Positions 9,593-18,436 of a stretch of 26,238 nt of DNA are shown here, in pieces. Source of the DNA: a virus (Duplodnaviria > Caudoviricetes); the IMG/VR virus record IMGVR_UViG_3300012952_000115, positions 1 to 26,238 of that record; one strand, given 5' to 3'. Under the pieces are notes generated by a model that was given only the letters and a program-made list of their open reading frames with translations, did no database searches and had not been told where the DNA came from. Within the stretch, counting starts at the first letter, position 1. Each line of letters begins with the position of its first letter. A program made the translations under genes and the position numbers.

Positions 9593-10492
9593 ATGGCACT
9601 GGCTTTACTACCAAAATTATTAAACATTTCTTGTACATTGACCGTTGTACACGATCATCTTCTTGGATGGGATAAGATAACGGGCGATTGGCTGAATAGC
9701 TCAGAGGACATGAAGTGTTTTCCGTATGGATACGACATAAGCAAATCGGACACGATTAAAAAATCCATGGAAGAATCCAACGCAGACGGTCGCACCGCGG
9801 TCCAAGGAGGCAACTATATAAGTTCCACAGACCATGGCACTCAATATGGTAGAATGCCGGCAAGTCATAAAAGCAAGTGGCTCCAAGGAGATTCTGTAAA
9901 TTCTTCTGGAGTATTTGATAATGGGTTTACGGTAGAGAAAAATCAAGGTGTAGCGAAGCAGTATGCGGTTACAATAGTCCACATACCTACTCAGATGAAA
10001 CTTCATTTTAAAGCTTTTATAACAGGTTTGTCGGATAATTTTACGACACGCTGGGATTCGACCAATGCGCTTGGCAGAATGGATCCGATCAAGTCATTTC
10101 AGGGAACACAAAGAGTCACTTCGATTTCGTGGGATGTCGTATCGGCAAACCCAGACGAGGCTGCTGCTAATTTGCGAAAAGTCACCAACTTTGTCAAGAT
10201 GCTGTATCCGCTACAGACGATTAGAGGCAGCGCGACATCTATCAAGGCTCCGCCAATGATCGCTATCAAATTCACTAACTTGGTATCTCAGGGACCTAAG
10301 GACTCCAACCGCGGCTTGACCGGAACCCTAAGTGGGTTTGTGTTTTCGCCCATTGACGCAGCGGGATATTTTGAGGTAGACTCTGAGGTTCTCGCATCAA
10401 TGGCCGAGGGTCAATCCCACGCGTTCCACAGCGCCGACGACTTTGACGATGCTGTAAACTCGGATGTTTACAATACGAGGGACATCTCATGA
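9593..10492 (+). CDS. baseplate / tail tube initiator-like protein, paralog A (apparently circularly permuted)
   Basis: FKAFITGLSDNF..W....LGRMDPI..FQGTQR..SISW, KMLYP and APPMIAIKFTNL; aligns by eye with 10489..11298. Confidence 0.7.
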   Translation: MALALLPKLLNISCTLTVVHDHLLGWDKITGDWLNSSEDMKCFPYGYDISKSDTIKKSMEESNADGRTAVQGGNYISSTDHGTQYGRMPASHKSKWLQGDSVNSSGVFDNGFTVEKNQGVAKQYAVTIVHIPTQMKLHFKAFITGLSDNFTTRWDSTNALGRMDPIKSFQGTQRVTSISWDVVSANPDEAAANLRKVTNFVKMLYPLQTIRGSATSIKAPPMIAIKFTNLVSQGPKDSNRGLTGTLSGFVFSPIDAAGYFEVDSEVLASMAEGQSHAFHSADDFDDAVNSDVYNTRDIS

Positions 10493-11298
10493 GTGGTGAT
10501 CACAAAATAGACTACTACGGATTAAAAGCAAGTCCTGATATCAACTATGCTAAAGGTGGTGCCGTACTATCTTTTGTTAGCCTCTATTCTGGAACTAGAG
10601 CAGATTTCAAAGCTTTTGTGACTCAGTTTGTAGATTCATATGGTTCAAGTTGGGCATCATCGCAACCATACGGAAAGTCTGATCCGATCAGAAACTTTAG
10701 CGGCACGGAAAGAAACATACAATTAACTTGGCAGACACCTGCAGCAAACATAGAAGAGGCTGAAGAGAACATGCGTAGAATTTCGGCACTAACTCAATTG
10801 ATGTATCCGGTATACGAGAATCGTGGATATATGGGCGGCTTTGATTCCAACCCAATGCAGCGGGATATACTGGCTGAGAGTGGCGAACTTAAAGCAGAAA
10901 AAAGGTGGTGTATATCTGCACCACCTTTAGTGACGGTAAAATATTTAAACCTAATTGCTAACGAGGCGGACGACACGGACAAGAATTTTTCAGAAATCGC
11001 GCCGAAGCGATTTTATGGTGACACAAAAATTGAAGGTTTAATTTGCTGTATTAATAATTTGTCAATCAACCCGGATGCGAACGCCGGTTTTTTTGAGGTT
11101 GGAGATGGCAACTTGTGCCCAAAATTGTACACGATCACTTGCACTCTTAGTGTGCTTCATCAGGCTACGCCAAATATACTTGCTGAATCCGATGGCGATT
11201 TCGAGGCATATGGAAACAATTATGGTGCCGGCTTTTCCGATCCTGATGGCGCGGACGCACCCAATATTCCAGACAATCCAAACAAGCTTAAATTTTAA
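10489..11298 (+). CDS. baseplate / tail tube initiator-like protein, paralog B
   Basis: FKAFVTQFVDSY..W....YGKSDPI..FSGTER.IQLTW, QLMYP, APPLVTVKYLNL and PKLYTITCTLSVLH; ATGA overlap with paralog A. Confidence 0.7.
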   Translation: MSGDHKIDYYGLKASPDINYAKGGAVLSFVSLYSGTRADFKAFVTQFVDSYGSSWASSQPYGKSDPIRNFSGTERNIQLTWQTPAANIEEAEENMRRISALTQLMYPVYENRGYMGGFDSNPMQRDILAESGELKAEKRWCISAPPLVTVKYLNLIANEADDTDKNFSEIAPKRFYGDTKIEGLICCINNLSINPDANAGFFEVGDGNLCPKLYTITCTLSVLHQATPNILAESDGDFEAYGNNYGAGFSDPDGADAPNIPDNPNKLKF

Positions 11299-11312
11299 AA
11301 AAGGTATATACA

Positions 11313-11654
11313 ATGTCACAAACAAGATATAATAATAGAAAAACATTCGTCAACGAAGAAGAGGTCCACGATGAGCTTAGATCTTCACGCGACCGCAAGC
11401 AAATAGGTCAATATGAAACGCCAAGACTAAGGGATATATCGGACGCTCAGAGATCCCGCTTAGGAATGAAAGAACACATATGGAGTCACGGCGATAAGTA
11501 TTGGAAACTAGCCAGTCGTTACTATAACGACCCACAGTATTGGTGGGTAATTGCTTGGTTTAATTATAAGCCGACCGAAGCACACTGCAAAATAGGAGAC
11601 ACCATTCAGGTTCCGTTTCCTATCGACAAAGTTGTAAAATACTATAGTCAATAA
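11313..11654 (+). CDS. LysM-like baseplate wedge protein (gp53 / tail protein X-like)
   Basis: HIWSHGDKYWKLASRYYNDPQYWWVIAWFN...KIGDTIQVP is the LysM-type pattern of contractile baseplates. Confidence 0.82.
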   Translation: MSQTRYNNRKTFVNEEEVHDELRSSRDRKQIGQYETPRLRDISDAQRSRLGMKEHIWSHGDKYWKLASRYYNDPQYWWVIAWFNYKPTEAHCKIGDTIQVPFPIDKVVKYYSQ

Positions 11655-11721
11655 CAACACAACACTTAAATGTTCAGCCAACAACTGATAAGCTTAAGAA
11701 ATACAAGAGAAGGAATCATAA

Positions 11722-14700
11722 ATGTCATCAAACCCCAGCCTCCGCCGTCGCCTCAACGAGCAATGTTTTCTAATGCGCTATCTTCTTCGTGGAATCGTAG
11801 ATGAAAACACCGGCATAAGAGATTTGAATGAAGACTGCTTGTACACCTCTTTTATTCCGATCAAAGGATCTCCGACCGAAATGATGAGCCTAATCGCCGG
11901 GAGGGGCGATCTGGGTCCGCTCATGAGTTTGACTCCATACCAGATGTCATTTCTCGTTCCGTCGGTTCGGCTTTACAAAACTTATGTCTCTGAAGCATTG
12001 CCCGGAATGGACGCTCCGGATGATGCAGGTAAATCGTGGGATGTAGAACTCATGTTTGCTGACAATATCGCAGGAACTATACAAACCGATGTGTCTTCCG
12101 CGACAACCGTAGAAGTTGATAAGCCTAGACTCAAACAACTACTTGAAGACCGCATCGGCCGAGGAACTGGAGTTGGAATAACTGGATTTTCTTGGAAGTA
12201 TGAAGGTACAAATCCGGCGGAGGCTGCGAATTTGCTTAGCGCAAACTTGAGCCTGCACTTTAATGAGATAGGAGAACTGTTTCAAACGAGAGGGCCGGTC
12301 GAGGTGCCCTATCTGGATGGTTCCGGAATTAGAAAAAACTGTTATTACCAGTTTATTGATCTCATCATGAGGACTGCATTAACTGGCGGGCCCGGCAACG
12401 CCACCGCCGGCATGGCAAATTTGCCAGCAATGACCTCCAATGCATGCCGATGGCAATGGCTATATGACCCCGAATATTTTGAATTAAAGGCCGTCATCGG
12501 GTGGGAGTTTACCGACGAATCTCCCTTTAGCGATGATCAGAGAGCGGCCTTAAGAGCCTGCAGTACCATATTATATCTCACCATTGTTGACCATGTTATA
12601 AACTATAGCGAGGACGGCTCTGTGTCATTAGACATATCGTATCGAGCAGCTATAGAGGGAATCCTAGATGATCCTAATTGTGATCTGCTTCGATCCACTT
12701 TCGAACGAGCCAGACAGGCTCAGGTTGAGGCGATCACCACTGCTTTGAGAACTGGCGAGGATCAGGTCGTGACTGGCGACGGCAGCGTTCAAGCGGCCGG
12801 AGATGCATACGGAAACCCGGGCCAAGGCGCCGGCGCCGGCAATGCCGCAACAGGATCATACGAGAATCAAATCGATGTGATGGAAAATCATCTGGCAGAC
12901 CTAAGAAGACTTTCTAGAAGTATGGGATCAGAAATATTTTTGCGATGGCTCTCCGATGAAACTTATCATTCGGATATCAATGTCCCCGGAGGCTCCGCTT
13001 GGAACGGGCGCAAGTTGGAAAAGGACGGCACGAACAGCTATTATGATAGCGTTTCCGAAAATTCCGAGCAAGATCACTATGGTTATCCGTGGTTTTTATC
13101 TTATGGGCCGAACCATGGCGCCAAACAGACCACCACCGGCGGACGAAGCGGCGGCCGGTCTTGGGATAGGGACAACGAGGGTGTTCCGAGAATTAAAGTG
13201 CTTGACTTCCCCTTTAGCTTAATCGAGCGATCCGGAGCAGAAGTGAGCGGCAGCACCGCAATCAAATCCGCGACCCCTCCGTGGCATAGCACAAATGTTC
13301 TTAATACATCACTCAGCCCAGTCGATGGTTTTGACGAGGGCAACTATAACGATGCCGCAGGCAAGCAAGGCACTAGTCCTTCGATCATGGACTCCATCAG
13401 CGACGAAATCGCCGAAGAGGCCTCCGCCGCTGCAGCAAGCAATGCCGGCACCAATGACTCTGGAGAAATCGGGGGCACTTGGAACGACCTAGTTTCTGAC
13501 GCGGTTGACAAGGCTATATTGTTCGGAGGACAACATGTTCCTCCGGACGACAATGATCATTATCGACTTCGATTTGTATATTTCGGAGATATATTGGACT
13601 GGGCTATTCGAAAGGCACTACACCGCCCACCGTATCATCCAGATAGCATAAGAATTAATTTAGAGTCTGTTATCGACGGAATCAAAGGCGCCACATCGGC
13701 GTACCCAGACGGAAGAGTCACTCCAGCCACCCGCGCTGAGTTCAGTGACTGGACATCGGTAGCCGACGCTGACGGTCAGATTGACGAACTTGATGCCTGG
13801 TTTGACGACGCCGCGGACGAAGAACGCCTTTTCGGCTCGAACGCTGCCACCGGAGCCCAGCGAGATTTAGGTCCGGCCCAAGTGAAAAACTATCTCAATG
13901 ACTTAAAAAAGAGAAAATACGACAAAATTAACATTATATTAGGCGATGTTGAGTTTTGGGATCCCTATCAAAATAAGATTCAAAGCGTCAATCTGGCAGA
14001 CCTGCCTATTTCTCTAGCTCGCTTAAACGAGTGGTGGGTCAACAGCGTTCTCAAACGCGGCCAATATACTATGGGTATCCGACGGTTTATCAACAAGATC
14101 TTAAATGAGTTAGTGTTTGATACCATGGCTGGTGGCCGCTGTTACAGCGCCGCTTCGAACTCCGGCTACCACTTTACCGAACAGATTTTCGATGTAGGCA
14201 TTACAAACTTCACGCTTCCAGCCTACGGAGTAGATACCGACAACAAGCCTATTAGCCCGGCAGAGTTTATCACAAAGCGTGAGCATTATGACGACCGAAA
14301 GGCTAATGGGGAACCGAACGATGATGCGAAGCCCAACTATCGCATCCCCGTAGGCAAGCTCCGCGCTGCACTGACCGCGGCTCAGAAAAGATCAATGTAT
14401 ACGATATCCACCGAGGAGACGACCGAAGTCTACCACTTTATTGCGATATATGCTCGCGGATATGAAAATGGTACATTGCTGGGATTTGAGACCAAGGAAG
14501 AGGCAACAGAAGCTTTGCCATATCTCATAGATCAGGGCAATTCTCAGTTTGTTGGTGTCGACGAACTCCCCGGTGATATCGATCGAGGAATAGTACATTT
14601 TTACTTAGGTCAAAATCAAGGCATGCTCAAGAGTATTAGATTTACCAGAACGGATCAACAGTATTTGGCCGAGTCTAGGCTTTTTGGCATGGGCGCCTTC

Positions 14701-15057
14701 GGGTATAATCAACTAAGAGGAAGATATGATGCAACCATTACAATGACGGGCAACAACTTTTTCTTACCGGGTCAAATCGTATACATCAATCCCGCTAGTG
14801 TGGGCACCAGTGCAAGTTCTGAGTATGGAGATTTACCGTTGTTTCTCGGTCTGGGTGGTTATTATATGATAGTGCATATTGATTCGACCATGACACCAGA
14901 GTTTTTTGAAACGGTACTCACATGCACATGGGTCGGCAAGGGCGATTTGACACAATGCAAAGACAATCAACATAGTGCTGCTGGACTTAATTCTGAAGGA
15001 ACAGTAATTACTTTAGATGATGCGTTAGCTTTTGTTGACAGTCTCGGGAGTACCTAA
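11722..15057 (+). CDS. large baseplate hub protein (gp27/gpD-like fold with large insertions)
   Basis: C-terminal YDATITMTGNNFFLPGQIVYIN...GLGGYYMIVHIDSTMTPEFFETVLTCTW resembles hub proteins; follows the LysM gene. Confidence 0.65.
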   Translation: MSSNPSLRRRLNEQCFLMRYLLRGIVDENTGIRDLNEDCLYTSFIPIKGSPTEMMSLIAGRGDLGPLMSLTPYQMSFLVPSVRLYKTYVSEALPGMDAPDDAGKSWDVELMFADNIAGTIQTDVSSATTVEVDKPRLKQLLEDRIGRGTGVGITGFSWKYEGTNPAEAANLLSANLSLHFNEIGELFQTRGPVEVPYLDGSGIRKNCYYQFIDLIMRTALTGGPGNATAGMANLPAMTSNACRWQWLYDPEYFELKAVIGWEFTDESPFSDDQRAALRACSTILYLTIVDHVINYSEDGSVSLDISYRAAIEGILDDPNCDLLRSTFERARQAQVEAITTALRTGEDQVVTGDGSVQAAGDAYGNPGQGAGAGNAATGSYENQIDVMENHLADLRRLSRSMGSEIFLRWLSDETYHSDINVPGGSAWNGRKLEKDGTNSYYDSVSENSEQDHYGYPWFLSYGPNHGAKQTTTGGRSGGRSWDRDNEGVPRIKVLDFPFSLIERSGAEVSGSTAIKSATPPWHSTNVLNTSLSPVDGFDEGNYNDAAGKQGTSPSIMDSISDEIAEEASAAAASNAGTNDSGEIGGTWNDLVSDAVDKAILFGGQHVPPDDNDHYRLRFVYFGDILDWAIRKALHRPPYHPDSIRINLESVIDGIKGATSAYPDGRVTPATRAEFSDWTSVADADGQIDELDAWFDDAADEERLFGSNAATGAQRDLGPAQVKNYLNDLKKRKYDKINIILGDVEFWDPYQNKIQSVNLADLPISLARLNEWWVNSVLKRGQYTMGIRRFINKILNELVFDTMAGGRCYSAASNSGYHFTEQIFDVGITNFTLPAYGVDTDNKPISPAEFITKREHYDDRKANGEPNDDAKPNYRIPVGKLRAALTAAQKRSMYTISTEETTEVYHFIAIYARGYENGTLLGFETKEEATEALPYLIDQGNSQFVGVDELPGDIDRGIVHFYLGQNQGMLKSIRFTRTDQQYLAESRLFGMGAFGYNQLRGRYDATITMTGNNFFLPGQIVYINPASVGTSASSEYGDLPLFLGLGGYYMIVHIDSTMTPEFFETVLTCTWVGKGDLTQCKDNQHSAAGLNSEGTVITLDDALAFVDSLGST

Positions 15058-15072
15058 AATAAGGACAAGATT

Positions 15073-16389
15073 ATGGCTAACAATTATGATTTTAAAGGTT
15101 CTAACAAACAAGGCACGAGAGCATTGTTTGAGAGTAGAAAAAGATATCGCGACGAGGCTCTCTTTGAGGCCGAGGAAGACCAGTTTCACACCGGAGTTGA
15201 AGATTTTTTTACAGGGATTCGAAAATGGTTCACTGCTCGAATCGATGACGAATCTAAATTCGTCGGCCTGAATGCATCCCGCGCATCCTATTTTGATAGC
15301 AAGTTACGAAAAGCAGGTACAGGCACTTCGGAATCCCCGCGCGCGGCAGATTTTGTTGTTGATGCATACAAGGGATTTTTTAGGGAATTTGAAACCGCAG
15401 TCAGAGAAGGGCGCTGTGGCATAGATGCAAGCACTTTAAAGATTGAAATAGTGTCAGCGTGGATGCCCATATCAACACTTAGGAGAGCGGTACAAGAAGC
15501 AATGCGCCAACAGATTGGAAGTAATATTTTTGTTCGCGAGAACGGACAAACTATAAATGCTAATGTGAACGACTTAGAGCGTATCGAAGATTTCCTGGAG
15601 AAAGCTTTATTTTTCATGGGCCGTGCCCTAAAGGTCGCCCCCATCACATCAAGCTCACTAATGTCAAGTAAAATAGCCTCACCGGCATGTACGGGCTTGG
15701 TACTGACTCTCGATAAATCAAGTTTTGACGACGACGCACAGAAATCCGAATATATGAACCAAGAGGTTTTCGAGCTTTATAGGCTCGCAGCACAAAAACA
15801 CGGGTTCGTTGTTAATAAGAACGCCCCATGGCAACTTATGGCGAATCTTGACTCGACAGCAATGCAAAGTTATATGGAAGAGCGGAGCACCACAAAAGAA
15901 ACTCTCTTTTCAACCCACTATAGCGTGTTAGAATATAACGAGGTTGAACACATTAAGCGATTTATCGTAAATGTGTGGAACTCATTTGCCCGAGCAAACC
16001 CATACTGCCGTCGCCGCATCCCCACATGCAATTTTAAAAGAACAATACCAGAGGTTGCGAAGCGGAAGCAGTACACAATGAAGGAAATAAATAAAAAGTT
16101 TGACAGTGCATACTGGATCGGTTATTATGTTGTTGTAAAGTTTGCAGAGAACGGATATTCGGTAGACGAGCTAACGCCTTTTATGAAAAAGATGATAAAA
16201 GATGCGAGAGAACTGCAGAAAAATGTTGACATGCTGGCCGCAATAGGTTATATTAATGATCAGTTTACAGACAGCAGACTGCGAACGCGCCTTGCACCAA
16301 GCAAGTTCTTGCCCGGCGCAGAGCCACTTGAGAAAGGTCAAATTTCTCAATATCAGTCGAATGTCGTTATAGAAACAACTGACTATTAA
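15073..16389 (+). CDS. hypothetical protein with degenerate M15B (VanY-like) peptidase pattern
   Basis: FVVDAYKGF..., KIEIVSAW, SPACTGLVLTL and AAQKHGFVVNKNAPWQL follow the order of M15B motifs but lack the Zn ligands; AAGGA SD. Confidence 0.5.
   Translation: MANNYDFKGSNKQGTRALFESRKRYRDEALFEAEEDQFHTGVEDFFTGIRKWFTARIDDESKFVGLNASRASYFDSKLRKAGTGTSESPRAADFVVDAYKGFFREFETAVREGRCGIDASTLKIEIVSAWMPISTLRRAVQEAMRQQIGSNIFVRENGQTINANVNDLERIEDFLEKALFFMGRALKVAPITSSSLMSSKIASPACTGLVLTLDKSSFDDDAQKSEYMNQEVFELYRLAAQKHGFVVNKNAPWQLMANLDSTAMQSYMEERSTTKETLFSTHYSVLEYNEVEHIKRFIVNVWNSFARANPYCRRRIPTCNFKRTIPEVAKRKQYTMKEINKKFDSAYWIGYYVVVKFAENGYSVDELTPFMKKMIKDARELQKNVDMLAAIGYINDQFTDSRLRTRLAPSKFLPGAEPLEKGQISQYQSNVVIETTDY
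16226..16254 (+). promoter_or_regulatory. sigma70-type promoter inside the upstream CDS
   Basis: TTGACA(16226-31)-N17-TATATT(16249-54), 143 nt before the polymerase ATG. Confidence 0.7.
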
Positions 16390-16397
16390 AGGCGCTT

Positions 16398-17591
16398 ATG
16401 CTATTCCAATTGATGGACACGAAATTAGACTGCAAAGGATACTATGCGGAGGGTGAACTTACTTATGATGATGAGTTACCACCAAGCCTAAGTTGCACAT
16501 GGAGGTACAGTAGTGGACTAGAAGATTATAAGAGAATAGAATATGCAAACCTATATTGTGGCGGACAATCAATAGATGAAGTGTGTCCTGCCCATCTCAA
16601 AGATCGCCTATCCACACATACAACTAAATTGAAGGCATTTTTACGCTCGTTTATAGAGGCGAAAGTAAACGCGGATGAAGTTTGCTTATATGATATGATT
16701 CCAGATCGGTTTTTGGTTGATTATTATGATGTCAAAAGCTGTATAACAGAATATGTTTTTGATAATTACGATCGCCCGCCAAATTATTTATTTTTGCGAA
16801 ATTTATCAGTAATTATTGATAAGATCGGCAACCAGTCTCTGAACCTTGACCTGTCCGAAATGAGAGAGCACGCCCATACAATACAGGGAAAGAATTTTAT
16901 AAAAAAAGTAAATAATTGCAAGCCGGTTTGTGACTACAATATGTTTGCTTCGAAAACCGGCCGCCTCACGACGAAGAAAAACAGCTTCCCCATTCTGACC
17001 ATGGATAAAAAATACCGGTCCGTACTCAAGCCCCAGAATGATTGGTTTTTAGAGCTTGATTTTAATGCGGCCGAGTTGCGGACGATTTTGGCTCTGGGGG
17101 ACGAAGACCAACCTCCCGGCGACTTGCACGAATGGAACGCAAATCACATCTGGGCTGGCACTAAAACTAGGGACGAAGCTAAGAAAAGTATATTTGCATG
17201 GCTTTATAACCCCAGTCATCAAGATGAAGCACTGTCAAAGTATTATAATCGCACCCTTTTAATGGAGAAATACTACGATGGAAAAGAAGTAGTCACTCCG
17301 TTTGGCCGCGAAATCCCGGCAGATGATCATCACGCTTTCAATTACTTGGTGCAGAGTACAACAGCAGACTTGACACTAAAACAGTTAATTAGAGTTTCAA
17401 AACTTCTGGTTGATTGTAAGTCGTTTATATCATTCACTATGCACGATAGTGTTGTTATCGATCTGGATCACGAAGAGCGTAGCTTGATACCGATATTGGT
17501 ATATACTTTTATGGCTACAGACCTAGGCAATTACATGGTTAACGCTTCTGCCGGCCGAGATTATGGTAGTATGAGGGAGCTAGAGCAATGA
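16398..17591 (+). CDS. minimal family A DNA polymerase (no recognisable exonuclease domains)
   Basis: KTGRLT; motif A LELDFNAAELR; motif B RDEAKKSIFAWLY; AFNYLVQSTTAD; motif C MHDSVVID; only 397 aa. Confidence 0.88.
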   Translation: MLFQLMDTKLDCKGYYAEGELTYDDELPPSLSCTWRYSSGLEDYKRIEYANLYCGGQSIDEVCPAHLKDRLSTHTTKLKAFLRSFIEAKVNADEVCLYDMIPDRFLVDYYDVKSCITEYVFDNYDRPPNYLFLRNLSVIIDKIGNQSLNLDLSEMREHAHTIQGKNFIKKVNNCKPVCDYNMFASKTGRLTTKKNSFPILTMDKKYRSVLKPQNDWFLELDFNAAELRTILALGDEDQPPGDLHEWNANHIWAGTKTRDEAKKSIFAWLYNPSHQDEALSKYYNRTLLMEKYYDGKEVVTPFGREIPADDHHAFNYLVQSTTADLTLKQLIRVSKLLVDCKSFISFTMHDSVVIDLDHEERSLIPILVYTFMATDLGNYMVNASAGRDYGSMRELEQ

Positions 17592-18436
17592 ATTTAATCG
17601 GCTTAGGCGCTACGGGATGTAAACTTGTTGAGCAGTTTAAACAATATGGCGAATATAAAATTTTTAAAATTGACTTTGACCTTAAAGGGTTAAAGAAAGA
17701 CGGGATTTTTTGTTTTCCTAAAGTGTCGACAGTGGAAGAGTGCGAGTCTAAGTTCCCATCGATGAACAATTTTTTTAAAAACGCCGCCGGCAAAACGGTG
17801 TTGTTTACCTCAGGCGCGGATATGTTGTGCGCCGCGACTTTAAGAGTGCTGGAAGTCATAAACAACCGCGCCGAGATCACGGTAGTGTATATAAGGCCGG
17901 ATACTGTGTTGGCAGATCCTTCAACCAAGCTGGTTGACAAAGCGGCGTTTAATATCTTTCAGCAGTATGCAAGATCGGGCGTGTTCGAAAATTTATATTT
18001 AATTTCTGAAGAGAAGTTGTTTGATGCCGTGGGCGATGTCGCGGTTGCTGATTTTGAGACCAGCGCAGCCGGACTAATAGCTTCCGTGTTTCACATAATA
18101 AATGTTATGAACAATAGTCAGCCGGTTTATGATAACTATAATAAAAGAGACGATATCGCACGCATATCGACAGTGGGAATGTCTTCTGTGGAAGAAAATG
18201 TGGAAAATTTATTATTTCCTCTTGACTTTTGTAATGAAAAGAGTTATTATTACTTAATACCAAAGAAGATCTTGGAAACAGACCACAAATTAATGCAAAA
18301 AATATTAACTCAAGTAAAAGACAAGATAAAGAAAGACAAAATAAAAATTGGATTCGGAGTATACGAAACCGAATACGAGGAACCATATGTGTATATCACA
18401 TGTAGTTCGTCAATAATACAGGGAATTGAATTATAA
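17588..18436 (+). CDS. divergent tubulin/FtsZ-superfamily protein
   Basis: N-terminal LIGLGATGCKLVEQF (T1 loop), KID, VVYIRPD and LYLIS fit the FtsZ/TubZ/PhuZ GTPase topology; the GGGTGSG signature is replaced by SGADMLC; ATGA overlap with the polymerase gene. Confidence 0.7.
   Translation: MNLIGLGATGCKLVEQFKQYGEYKIFKIDFDLKGLKKDGIFCFPKVSTVEECESKFPSMNNFFKNAAGKTVLFTSGADMLCAATLRVLEVINNRAEITVVYIRPDTVLADPSTKLVDKAAFNIFQQYARSGVFENLYLISEEKLFDAVGDVAVADFETSAAGLIASVFHIINVMNNSQPVYDNYNKRDDIARISTVGMSSVEENVENLLFPLDFCNEKSYYYLIPKKILETDHKLMQKILTQVKDKIKKDKIKIGFGVYETEYEEPYVYITCSSSIIQGIEL
18222..18250 (+). promoter_or_regulatory. sigma70-type promoter inside the tubulin-like CDS
   Basis: TTGACT(18222-27)-N17-TATTAT(18245-50) with an AT-rich upstream tract. 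Confidence 0.55.

Noticed and set aside
139-16389. Extracellular contractile injection system or tailocin instead of a phage
   Set aside because: gp13/gp14-like neck genes imply a head, and phage-type SSB, RecA, polymerase and exonuclease genes are contiguous.
16398-17591. polA as a pseudogene or intron/intein-split gene
   Set aside because: All catalytic motifs lie in one intact ORF tightly flanked by other genes, with no leftover fragments or splice motifs visible.
17588-18436. Evidence of a nucleus-forming (chimallin/PhuZ) jumbo phage
   Set aside because: The tubulin is degenerate, no chimallin-like gene is recognisable, and the surrounding genes are T4-like with sigma70 promoters.
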